From: Lama glama
Taxonomy: Eukaryota
DNA: 64,000 nt
Direction of reading: 5' to 3'
Assembly (NCBI GenBank): GCA_028534125.1
Contig: CM052824.1
Location: 61,504,001-61,568,000, forward strand
Of this stretch, positions 23,841 through 34,100 are shown in pieces (position 1 is the first letter of the stretch; every line of letters begins with the position of its first letter). The notes below the pieces were generated by a model. It was given only the letters and a program-made list of their open reading frames with translations. It searched no databases and was not told where the DNA came from. The translations under genes and the position numbers were made by a program.

Positions 23841-24257
23841 GAGGAAGGCATCAAGTCAGAAGGTAAGTGGTTCCAGAGAGTGAGGGGTCCTGTGGTCTTT
23901 GAACCCATCTGTCTGGAGCCCAAGGCTGTCATGGGATTTGGTGGGTGTGCAGGGCTGTCGGCTGGAAGCTGGGCCCACGCCCCTCCCTAGGGATGTCGGG
24001 CCAGCTGCTCCACTCCCGCTTGCTCTGGCAGCCAGCAGCAGTAGCACTGATAAATTAATTAGTGCTGTGATTAATTAGTGATGAGTAACCTCCAAGTCTG
24101 GCTTCTTCCTGATAAAGTAGAATTTATGTAGCCGTGCTTTCTCTCTGCAGATGGAAGCCCAGACACAGAGGCGGGGCTAGGCCCCCAGGAGCTGTGGTGG
24201 CTGGCCCAGGGACCAGAGGACGAGCTGCAGGATCTACAGCTCTCTGAGGATGACTGA
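11524..24257 (+). CDS. NOC2L: Nucleolar complex protein 2 homolog (NIR/INHAT repressor), 19 exons, 751 aa
   Basis: Exons 11524-11549, 11696-11848, 13065-13239, 13329-13454, 14079-14199, 14286-14376, 15871-15949, 16066-16176, 16531-16644, 17304-17492, 17652-17791, 18637-18748, 20442-20555, 20867-20968, 22081-22224, 22329-22442, 23209-23344, 23761-23862 and 24151-24257 total 2256 nt in frame. Noc2 motifs [63 protein letters not shown]. Confidence 0.98.
11696..11848 (+). CDS. NOC2L: NOC2L exon 2
   Basis: [22 protein letters not shown]... Confidence 0.94.
11985..12900 (-). mobile_element. L2 LINE fragment in NOC2L intron 2
   Basis: L2 tail-like tttattcttccatcc...gagtgcctgctctgtgccagg, followed by purine-rich L2 body motifs (gtgagagacaaagag, gttgggtttgaaa). 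Confidence 0.7.
13065..13239 (+). CDS. NOC2L: NOC2L exon 3
   Basis: [37 protein letters not shown]... Confidence 0.95.
13329..13454 (+). CDS. NOC2L: NOC2L exon 4
   Basis: [13 protein letters not shown]...[16 protein letters not shown]. Confidence 0.95.
14079..14199 (+). CDS. NOC2L: NOC2L exon 5
   Basis: [22 protein letters not shown]...FQVTDSA; TAGCAG tandem acceptor. Confidence 0.93.
14286..14376 (+). CDS. NOC2L: NOC2L exon 6
   Basis: [29 protein letters not shown]. Confidence 0.95.
15871..15949 (+). CDS. NOC2L: NOC2L exon 7
   Basis: [26 protein letters not shown]. Confidence 0.94.
16066..16176 (+). CDS. NOC2L: NOC2L exon 8
   Basis: [37 protein letters not shown]. Confidence 0.95.
16301..16317. 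repeat. (GT)8 microsatellite
   Basis: Directly visible. Confidence 0.85.
16531..16644 (+). CDS. NOC2L: NOC2L exon 9
   Basis: [38 protein letters not shown]. Confidence 0.95.
17304..17492 (+). CDS. NOC2L: NOC2L exon 10
   Basis: [15 protein letters not shown]...[15 protein letters not shown]. Confidence 0.95.
17652..17791 (+). CDS. NOC2L: NOC2L exon 11
   Basis: [22 protein letters not shown]...VIGCI. Confidence 0.95.
18637..18748 (+). CDS. NOC2L: NOC2L exon 12
   Basis: [37 protein letters not shown]. Confidence 0.95.
20442..20555 (+). CDS. NOC2L: NOC2L exon 13
   Basis: [38 protein letters not shown]. Confidence 0.94.
20867..20968 (+). CDS. NOC2L: NOC2L exon 14
   Basis: [34 protein letters not shown]. 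Confidence 0.95.
21656..21865 (+). mobile_element. MER58A-like hAT-Charlie DNA transposon remnant
   Basis: gtaaatgttttaggctttgcagtcacatggtttcttacaact...aaacagtcataga...gagcgtgctgtgt...ctttacttaca is colinear with the recalled MER58A consensus. Confidence 0.7.
22081..22224 (+). CDS. NOC2L: NOC2L exon 15
   Basis: [31 protein letters not shown]... Confidence 0.95.
22329..22442 (+). CDS. NOC2L: NOC2L exon 16
   Basis: [38 protein letters not shown]. Confidence 0.95.
23209..23344 (+). CDS. NOC2L: NOC2L exon 17
   Basis: [38 protein letters not shown]... Confidence 0.94.
23761..23862 (+). CDS. NOC2L: NOC2L exon 18
   Basis: ttcag acceptor, gtaagt donor, phase 1/1; [33 protein letters not shown]. 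Confidence 0.85.
23811..23839 (+). repeat. (AGC)9 coding trinucleotide repeat (poly-Ser)
   Basis: Directly visible within NOC2L exon 18. Confidence 0.95.
24151..24257 (+). CDS. NOC2L: NOC2L exon 19 (coding part)
   Basis: [34 protein letters not shown]. Confidence 0.93.
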
Positions 24258-24390
24258 AGGGTTGCAGGGGCTGCTGCACAGTCTTCACACCTCATCACTC
24301 AGGCATGCTGCCTCCTGGCTGGTGCGGAGCCTGGAGGCCCTGAGGTCAGCACCCGTGCGGGGCGAAAGGGCAGTAGATGCTGGACAAGGC

Positions 24391-24396
24391 TTTATT
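24391..24396 (-). terminator. SAMD11 polyadenylation signal AATAAA
   Basis: tttatt on the plus strand, about 490 nt past the SAMD11 stop. Confidence 0.7.
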
Positions 24397-24881
24397 TTTA
24401 CAACATAAAACACCAGAAAGTACCAAGTGCTGTTCCAGTCCCTGGAGTGGCGGCCGTGGGGATGTAAACCAGCACCAGGGAACCTGCCTACTGCTGCACC
24501 CATGGTGGCAGGTGAGACACACCTACCCCATGAGGGAAGCTTATCTGGAGCACGGCTCTGCCTTAAGTCAGGATGCCAAGCAGTCGTGGCTCCCCCCGGA
24601 GCCAGCGGGCATGGCGTGATGTCTTTGGTTTGTCTGCAGCTGCCCAGGATGCAGAGCCCCCACCCCCTGGCCCAGGTTCAAGTGCCCAAGCCGTCTGCAC
24701 TCAGGTCGATAGTCATCCCCAGAGAGTCCTTGGAAACTTATTCCTTTCCTCTTTAAGTTATGTGTTTTCAATTGTGTTTTTTGCATCCACAACCAAAAGG
24801 AGAATAAGCTGTTGAAGGGCAGGGGCGGGGAAATCTGCATCAGAGCAGCTGGCACTGAAGGACTAGAGGTTTGACACCAGC

Positions 24882-25127
24882 TCAACACAGAGGCTGGGAG
24901 GGGTCTGCAGGCCCTGGGAGTAGAGCCATGGTTCCGTTCTCTTGCTTGGGTGAGGCTCGGCCAGCAGGGGGATGTGCCCCCCCAAACGGGGAAGGGGCCA
25001 TTGTTGGGGACAGGGGCTGCTCCCCCGAGGTGAGCTCCCGCTCGGAAGCCCGCAGTGTTGGTGGCTGCAGTGGCAGAGCCACAGGGAAGCTGGCCATGTA
25101 GAAGACGCGGCCCAGACGCTTGGCCAC
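24882..25127 (-). CDS. SAMD11: SAMD11 last coding exon
   Basis: VAKRLGRVFYMASFPVALPLQPP...SQPLC*. Confidence 0.94.
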   Translation of the reverse strand: MAKRLGRVFYMASFPVALPLQPPTLRASERELTSGEQPLSPTMAPSPFGGAHPPAGRASPKQENGTMALLPGPADPSQPLC

Positions 25128-28100
25128 CTGTGGAGAGACGGGCCTGGGTAGGGGCCTGCATGACGGCTGATCTGCAGCCACACACGGAGCTGTGGTGCTG
25201 CCCTTCCACTGTCTGGAGACCACTGGCCCCAGTAGGTGCTCACCTGGGCCCGGATCTTGAGAGCAGGCCCCAGCTTCAGCCCCATGGTGGTCAGGAGATG
25301 TTCCTCTGTCAGCAGGGGCAGGGTCTCCCCGTCAATCCCCTGTTCTCTGAAAACCTGGGAGGGGGTGCAGTGTCAGGGCCTGAGCGCAAGGGCTGAGTGT
25401 CCTGGAGTGGCTCAAGGCTCTCCAAAGGGAGCAGAGCAGAGAAGCCGTTGGTGCAGCTTGTGGGAACAATTGTCAAATAGAACATCTCCTTTGTGTTGGG
25501 TACACACCTGAGTTGGAGGCAGAAGCACTGCCATGGCAGAGGAGATGGAGGAGCATGCAGTAGGATCCCCCCCCCCACGGTGTCTTTGAGGAGGGGAGTT
25601 GTGGGGTGGCAAGCACCGCTGGGGAGGGGGGAACTCAGAACCATCTTGGGCAGGTGTCCCCCTCTCACCGGTGCATATTCTCCACAGCCAGACAGGCCTC
25701 CCACAAAGCTGCAGACATCCTCCACTGTCCACTTGCTGACATCCTCGGGGGCTGTGGCCTCTTCCCCATCCATGAAGAGGCCCCCCATGGCGCCTGGGTT
25801 GGGGAGGAGGGTGTTACTAGGCCTCTGGCCAGCTCTTTCCTCTGTTCCCGCCCCTGTCTGCTGACCTCTGTTTGCCCTAATTGTTAGGAGATGTTGGATT
25901 GATGAGAGAGATTTTTTTCCCCCCCGCGGTGGCCCTCCCTAAGACCCTGGGTGTGTGTGGGGGGCTAGCTCTCCTTCTACCCCATGGAGGGATCTAAAGC
26001 CTGGAGAAGGGTGCCCACCTGTGTGGAAGTAGGGGCTGACAGCGTAGGGTAAGCCCAGGGGCAGTGGAGGGGGCAGCATGGACCCTGAGAGAAGCCCCTT
26101 CCCCTCAGAGCTGGCCCCTCCGGCTGGGGCTTGGCCTGGGGTGGGGCCCTGGCCTCCAGCAGCCGCCATCTCGGGGTCCTCGCCGTCTGAGTCCTTGGGG
26201 GGCTCATCTTCAGAGCCGTCTTGTGCCCAGAGTCCAGACCCCGTGGTTTCCTTGGACTCACTGGGCCGGGCTGAGGCAGGGCTGGGGCCCCCCTTCCGAG
26301 GGGCTCGGCGGGTAGGCTCCCGGGGCGGGGTGGGGGGGCCAGGGCCCGGGGGCCCCTGGGGAGGCAGGGCCAGCAGCGGCGCGGAGCTGTGTCTCAGCAC
26401 CAGCATGGCCCCACGCCGCTGCAGCTCCTCAGCACCATCCGGCTGGCGCAGGGCGGCTTCTGGCGCCAGCAGCTGCGGCCGGTGCGCGCTCTCCAGCTCC
26501 TTCTGGCGCAGCAGTTCTGCTGACATCTCCAGCCTGGCCGTGAGGAGCAGACCAGAGAGGGTCAGCTGGCTTGGCAGTGCCTCCTCCCTCCCCTACCCCA
26601 ACCCCGGTCCCGACTGCAACACTTACCGGGCCAGGTTTTGCTTCCGCAGGAGCTCCTGCTGCCGGGCGAGTATCTCCGCCTGAGCAGGAGGCAGGAAACC
26701 GTATCCTGGTGGGAAGGGGACAGACCACGAGGCCAGGTGGCTGAGCCGTCCATGGCAACCCAAGCCCGCCCTGGTCTGTCCTTGGCTTCAACAGGCACAG
26801 GGACCGGGCCAACGGGTGCACCGAGGGCCACAGGGTCTATCAGTCGAACCCAGATGGCCCCGCACCAGTGGCCCCCCAGGAGACAGTCGCACACGCCTAC
26901 TCACCTGGGGTCTGGCACAGGGCCGAGGACACCCCCAAAAAGGGGGGCCTGAGGTGGGGGCCCAGGGCGATATGGGGGGCATTCTGGGGTGACAGCAAGG
27001 GGGGTGGCTGCGACAGCTCCCTGTAGACGACAGGGCGGTGAGCGGCGCGCGTCCCCTCCTCGTAACTCTCGCTCCCACCCCCGCGGTACCCGCTCCCGCC
27101 GCCTCTGCTAATTGCCGGCCCCGCGGGCGGTCGATGTGCGCTCGCCGCTTCTCCGGCCGCCCCCGCCCCCGCTGGCGGCGCCAATTAATCTCGGCGGCGG
27201 CGCGGAGGCGCTGGCCCGGCGGGCGGCGGCGACTGCGGCGGTAATTACCGCTCGGCTCCCCCTTCCGCGGACCCAGCCCCCGCCCGCACCCCCGCGCAGA
27301 CCCGACGCAGCGCAATTAGCCGCGGTCCGGGAGGCGGCGGCGGCGGCGGCGGCTGCAAACAGCACGCAGGCGCGGGACGGGACGGGGAGGGTTGCGAGTT
27401 GGCCTCCCAGCGGGAGAGGCGGGGAGCAGCGGCTTCCCGCCCCCACCCTACTCCTGGGGTCTCCAGGCCCCCACAAGCCCAGAAGGCGGGAACTCTGGTG
27501 TCTGAATCGGTGCTTTTGGGGGGCTCTCCCCGCTCCCAGCTTTCCTCCGACTTCTAGGTTTAGAGATCTCGAGCTGCTCCCCCTCATCTGCCTCAAGCCC
27601 CACCCACCCACCTACTGAGGGAGCATAGCCCTCAGGGGCACCTGGATTCAGCGGGTTCCAGTTGGAGATGGGAGTGGCCCTCAATACCCCGTCCAGAGGG
27701 GTGGTCACCCCCACACATTCTACCCCAGGGATGTTTACGAATCTAGGCCTCAGCAGTGTCTAACACGATCAGCACTCGGCGGCCTGCAGCTGGGCTGCGG
27801 AAGGCTGTGTACACCGGTGACCACAAGGTGGGGGGTGGGGGTGCAGGCTGTGGACATGACCCGCAGAAACCAGGTGATAGACCTGCCAACCGTAGCTATG
27901 TACCCCAGAAACAACACAGGGAAAGCAGAGGACTCTGAAATGCAGGCACCCCAATACCTCTCTGAGAAGGACGGGGTGCCAGCCGGGGCGGTGCCCTCTC
28001 GGTGCTGAGTCAGGCCCTGCTTCCGACGCTGCCCTGCTGTGGTTGAGGGCAGGTGGACTTCCAGGCCACTGGGGCTCCTCACAGCTGCTGCTGCCACCTC

Positions 28101-31100
28101 CTGCCGGACCCTCAGGAGATCTGGGGATGGGTGGGGTGGGGGTCAACAGCAGTGACCCAGGGACCAGCCCCCCAGGCTCTTAAGCTCCCCCCAACCCTGT
28201 TGAGCATAGGACACTGGCCAGGGACACGGAGACGGGGAGCACATTCTCCCATGGACCTTGCTGGTTGGTCACTCGGACAAAGAGATGAGCAGAAGGCCAT
28301 TGGGCAGGGCAGACACAAGTCATTACAGTGCAACGCGTGCTAGAGGCACCCACCAGTCCTGGGGAGTGGGGGCAGGTGAACGTTTGTAAGGGATATGAGG
28401 ATGTTAGGCACCAAAAAGTGGTTGAGCTGGAGGGAAAGGCCCGAGTCAGGGGAATCTGGTGCTGCTCGAATGTTGACATTGACGAGTTCAGATTGCGGAG
28501 AGCAAGGCTGCAGGGGCCTTGAGGGGAGGGGTTTTGCAAAGGCTCAAAAGTGAGCGCAGTGGGACCAGAGTCCAGGAGTGGCAGTCAAGTCTCCAAACCT
28601 CTCCTAGGTAACCCCCGGGCACACTGTGCGGTCTACACACTCTGCTGCCTCCCCCCTCCCCCGCCTCCTCTCCGGCGCAGGACCCGGCCTCAGAGTACCC
28701 GCCTCCCGCAGCTCCCCGACTGTGCAGGCTCCGCTGCCACCGCCTGTTTATAAATTAATTACCCGAAAAGCGGAGGTGGGTCCTGCCCCGGGCCGGGTGC
28801 CAGCCCGCAGAGCCCAGCCGGCGCGGCCGCCCGCATCGATCCCGGCAGGGCCCCGCGCCCCCACCCGCCCGCGGCCTCCGTTATTTACCGTCGGCCTCCG
28901 CCGGGGGCGGCGGGCAGGGGCCTGATTGACAGCCCGGCTCCGCGCTGCTCCCCGCGGCCGGCGCCCCTCCCCCGCGCAGGCCAGCGAAGCCGGCCCCAGG
29001 CAGGGCAGGCAAAGCAATTAAAAAGGAAGATTTTTAAATTATTAACATTTGGTGAATTATTCAGGCTCTCGGTGCCTGACTGCCCTGGGGGACAGTGCGT
29101 GTATAAGGAGAGGAAATCCGGCCTCGTTTCCCAGCATCCCCTCACCCACCTCCAGCCAGAAAAGGCAAGTCCCCCGCTCCCTCCCCCACCCCCTGGGCTG
29201 GAGTCTGCAAGGTCAAGGTGCAGCTGGACAGGGTGCCAGAATGTGCCCTTGAGATGGTAGGGAGACTTCCAAGTGTCTGTGGGAGAAGGGATGGATAGAT
29301 GGATGGAAGCTGTCTGGGAGCTGGGTGGGATAGGGACGGTGTCTCCAGCTGGGGCTTCTCCTGAGCACCAGTGAAATCCTGGTGACCAAATTCCAACTGT
29401 TGCCCATCCTGCTTCTGGACGGACGTTCACAGTGGATATTCTGGGGCTGACTGCTCCCCTCCTCTTGGCCTCTCCAATTCCCCCAATCTCCCTCCTAGAG
29501 GACGTGCCTGCACTCGCTCAGCCACTGGTGCCCTGACTGCGTCTGGAGTAGGAAGGACCACAGAGTACAGACCATGCTGTCCAGACCGGGGATCCACAAA
29601 AACCTGCATGTGCTGGAGACAGGGAAATGGGCCTGGTGAAACCCCCACCTATGCTTGGGCTCCCCAGAGATTCAGCTTCCTTATCTGTGAAATCTCAGTA
29701 CTCATGAGAGGCCCTGCTGGGAGAGTCTGTGGAAGATGGTGGGGATGGGGGGGGGGCGCACAGGGGATCTGTTGGTGCATCCCCCCAGCCCCCTGATCTA
29801 CCCAAACAAGTAGCTGCATCTGGGAGAAGGAGGCAGGCCTCACTGCCCACCTACAAGGGCTTTGAGGCTTTAGGGTCTGAAAGACCCGCATCCGATCCCA
29901 GCCTTGGTATCAGCTGCCAAAGACCCTGGGGCCTCTTTTCAGGGTAAGCGGAGACCTCCAGCGACAGGGAGAGCCCAGGACACGTGGGTGGACACTCACG
30001 CTGTAGGGAGAAGGCACATACCATGGCCGGGGAGTCCCAGGTGGTAGAGACGCTGGGGGTCCTCAAAGGTGCTGGCTTCACTCAGGGCAGACACCAGTCG
30101 GCGGTAATGATCCTCGGGGGCCATGCTGGGCCCTAGTTCCGGCAGCAACAGAGTCTCTGCTTTGGGCAAGCACAGGTGGGGTGCTTCCCCTTCAGATACT
30201 GCCAAGGGGGGAGAGGCAGGGCCTCCCCTCTTAGAACCTGCTGCTGGGCTGACCCTGCCCTGCAGAGGGTCCACGTTGTTCCCCTCCCTCTCCACTGCCT
30301 CCCCACCACCCCCGGGGGGTTGGGCTCCCACCTTGTGGGGACTTGCTTCGGGCCTTCTTCTCCAAGGGGCAGTCACTGCTGATGTGGGGGGAGTGGCCCA
30401 GCCTCTTGCCCAGCAGGTCACCTGGGGGAGGGCGGAGTGAGCCCCAATCTGTGTCTCGAGGCCCACCCCAATACTGGCCTCAGGCCCAGCCTGGCTCCAG
30501 CTCAGCCCAGAACCACATCCGTCATTGCTCTGGGTGCCCATGAATCCTGGCTTGCCCAGCCCAGGGTCCCAGAACTGCAGCTCTAGAACAGCATGAGGGA
30601 TTGGGACAGGGCGAGGGCATGGGACAGTCTGGACCCTGGGCTCTGGGCTGTGTGCAAGTAGATGTGGCAGGAGATTCAGTGTGACAGCCTCAGGGAGTAA
30701 CTGAGGACCCCACAGGCCCCCCATCCAGCCAGGCCAGTCTCCTGTCCAGATTAAGGAGCCCTCCTCAGCATCTGGATTTGACTGGAAACCACCTTCTTCT
30801 CCCATGACAGGGGTGAGGACCAACAGTGCAGGTCCCATGCCAGGGTCCCCCACCCTCTTCCTAGAGGCTGCAGGCCCCTCGCCACATCCACTCCCCCTGG
30901 GCCCCTCCCCACAGGCTACACCCCTCATTGCCCCCAGAAGGCCCCTGTCACACGCTTGCCCTCCTGCCCAGCTGGGCTGAGTTCCCAAAGGCACCCCAAG
31001 CAGCTTCACCTGCTGTGTACAGCCCCACACGCAGCCCAGGCCCCACTCCAACCCTCTCCTGAAGTCCTCTCTCAGGTCCCACCTCCAAACCATACTCATC

Positions 31101-34100
31101 CATCTCCCCGAGCCAGCCTCTCTCCAACTCAGCCCCTGGCACCTTGATGCCAAGTTCCCTCCTCAGCCCAGGGCCTGGGAGGTCTCCGCTGAATAGCTCA
31201 GCAATTGTGCTGGTCTCCTGGACCCACCACAGTGCTAGCCTCCAGTCCAGACCCCGTGCTCCTGGCCCCTTCTCCATCCTCACCAGTCTGTCTGGGTGGG
31301 TAGGATGAGAGGGTCACCCCCTCTGTGACCCAGGCCCGCCATGACACCTCGGCAAGGGGAGCTCCCAAGAAGCCCTGCCGTCAGCTCCAGAGCCTAATTC
31401 CTTTTTCTTATTCCCTTAATCTGTCATTTTTATCAGGCAGGGAAGTGCGGCAGCAGCGGAGTGCCGATCAATCTCCACTTTACAGCTGACAGAATGGTGC
31501 TAATAACTTATTGATCTTGGCCATCTCCTGCAACTGGCCTAAGCCCAGAAGTCTAGCCCCAGGCCCTGCCCTGAGAGGGACAAGGACGAGGTCCTCGGTC
31601 CTCACTGCCCAGACGAAGGGTCCTGCCTCAGTGAGCTGGCAGGATGGGTCAAAGACAACCCCCAACAGCTTTGGGCCAGCAGGGCTGCAGCACCCAGCTG
31701 TGCCTGGGAGGCGGGTCTGGGCTGGGTCCACACCTGCTGCCGCACCCTGCCCGGCACACACCCCTCCAGGACTTCGCAAACAACACAAGGCTCTCACTTC
31801 CCTGCGATCTGTTTGTCATTTTCCACAGTGGGAATTCCTCCTTTCTTTTGGGGGCTGGGGGCTCCTCTCTGCCCGAGAGAGGGGCTCTGGGGATGGAAGG
31901 GGGACCCATGGTAAGACGCAGGCCCGTGACTGTGGTGAGACCCTGCCATGGGGTCCTGGGGGCTCACCATTCCCTGATGAAGTCCACATCTACTCACAGA
32001 CACGCCTGGGGCAGCCAGAAGCAGACACACACGGTCTCAAGATGCCTGGCAGGGACCCCTCCCTGAGCCTGTCACAGTCCTCCCTGACCCTTCCTGCCCG
32101 GAATGAAAGCAGGTTGACATGTGTTCCTGGGGAAGAGGAGGTGACGACAGGTGACTGTCTCCACCCAAGGGCTGACAGGAACAAGTGGGAGACAATGACA
32201 GTCCCAAGGAGAGGGCAGGACCTTGACAAAACCTGGACACAGCACACACACGTGACACTTCGCCAGGCCGTGCTTGACACCTGAGGTGCTCATGTGCACG
32301 TCCCACACCTCAGCATGAAGACAGCCAGGACACCCTGACCCGGCTGTGTCCCACGGGTGTAAGTGGACGCCCGGGCCTCTGGCTGAGACCAAGGCACACA
32401 GGCCTGCTTCCGCACATCCACACTCATGCCAGGAACTATGTGGAGGTCTCCGTGTGTGCAGGCAGCAGGGAGGGCCTGCTGGCTTAGAATATCTCAATCA
32501 TCACAGGGCTCCGGAGGCTCACCCGATCGATGGGACAATTAGATTTTATCAGCCGCCTGCTCAGTGCCTCCAACATGGCTCCAGAAGCAGCTCCCCTGCC
32601 AAAGGTCTTTCCAGGCACAGGCACACCTGGAGGCCCTGATGGGGGTCCCAGGGTAGTGGACCATCCTCTGCCCAGCCTTCCTGAGAGCAGCAGCCGCTGC
32701 TAGAAACCTCCCTGCCATGGTCCATAGGGCAGCAAGGGACCCCTGCCAGCTGCTCTCACCCCTGCCCTGTCGGCTGTGCCCTACTCTCTGCAGCAGTGCC
32801 TCATGGGTCCCCAAGCTGCCCCTCCCTCTGGGCTCCTGCTGCCTCCAGGAACCGCCCTCTGCAGGGACACAGCTCCTGGGCAAGCATCCTCCCGCAGAGG
32901 TCCAGGCTGTAGCCCTGCTTTCTCAGGGGTGGACACCTTCCCTCCTCGGGCCCGTGCTGCATGGGGCTGGTGGGTACTCCTGTGCATGCAGAGTGCGTCC
33001 CTGCCCTCAAGTCAGCCATTCCCAGGTGCGCATCTCTGAGCCTCTGGGAAGACCACACTCCCTGACCGCCCTGCCTCCATTTGCCCCTGGGAGGAGGCTG
33101 CAGCAGTGGCCTCGGCCACTCCAAGCCCACCCCAGCAGCAGCCATGGTGGAGCCACCGCCTCCGCCTCCTGTCTGCCCGGCTGGCTGGGATTAACACAAT
33201 TACCATCACATGGAGCCCCCGGGGGACAGCCGGCCTCGCCACCTCCCGCCTCCTCTGTTGGCCTCCCTGGCTGCCTGCCAAAGCTGCTGGGGGTGGCGGC
33301 ATCAGAGCCGCTGAGCAGAGACACGGGGAGAACTGTGGGGCGGGCTGTCCTCAGGCTGGGCTGCCGTGGCCCTGGCAGCCCTGTCCTCACCTCCCAGCAC
33401 GCCCCAGCACGCTCCTCACCTGCGGATCCTAGGCCAATCTCCACGCTGCCTCTCTGGAATTCACAGCGGCTCTGGTGCTCGGGCATAACGAGGTGGCGGC
33501 TTCGATGCACGCTGGATATGAGGGTGGGAAGGTCGCTGTCCTGGCTGCAGCGAGGCAAGACGGGAAAGGTGAGACCCTGTGGGCTCCTGACTGAGCCTGA
33601 GTGTGAGCATGCATGGCCTAGGGGACAGGCCTACGTGTGACAATGCCTCGTGTACACCTCTGCGGTGGCTCATGACATCATTTGTGTGAGCTTGTCCATA
33701 GCAGGTCCTAAGCAAAGCATCTCCTAGTGGCTGTGCTGTCTCACCGTGCTATATCCAGGCCCCACCTGGAACCACCAGGACCTGCCACGTATCTGCTGGA
33801 CATGAAGGCCTTGCATTCAGACCCCATTGCCGTTCCCAGGGAGGGTCTGTGTGGAGCACAGGGCCTGCCCAGTCCTGCCACACTCTCTCCGGAGCGACCA
33901 GCATCTGTGTCCCTGCTTCCTGCCTTGGGGGACTGCCTTGGAGGGCAGCCAGGCCCCGGCCAGGGTGGGGTGCCTGCTCCTGGGGCACAGGCTGCTAGTG
34001 AGAACATGTGGGCCTGGCACTTACTACTGTGCCCACACCATTTCAACTAAGACTCGCAACCACCCACAGATTCTTGATTTCTTCAAATAAGGAAACCAAG

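Noticed and set aside
24067-24112. Possible C/D-box snoRNA in NOC2L intron 18 (GTGATGA ... CTGA)
   Set aside because: Box C to box D span is only 35-46 nt with no convincing terminal stem; the motifs are better explained as transcription-factor sites.
29995-30021. Alternative GTGAGT donor 22 nt downstream of the SAMD11 exon 7 donor
   Set aside because: It would frameshift, and there is no evidence of use.
29996-31153. 385-aa minus-strand ORF
   Set aside because: Only its last ~45 codons are real (SAMD11 exon 7). It crosses exon 6 in the wrong frame and the rest is G-rich intron.
32717-33640. 307-aa plus-strand ORF antisense to SAMD11 exon 5
   Set aside because: Low-complexity GC-biased composition and no recognisable homology.
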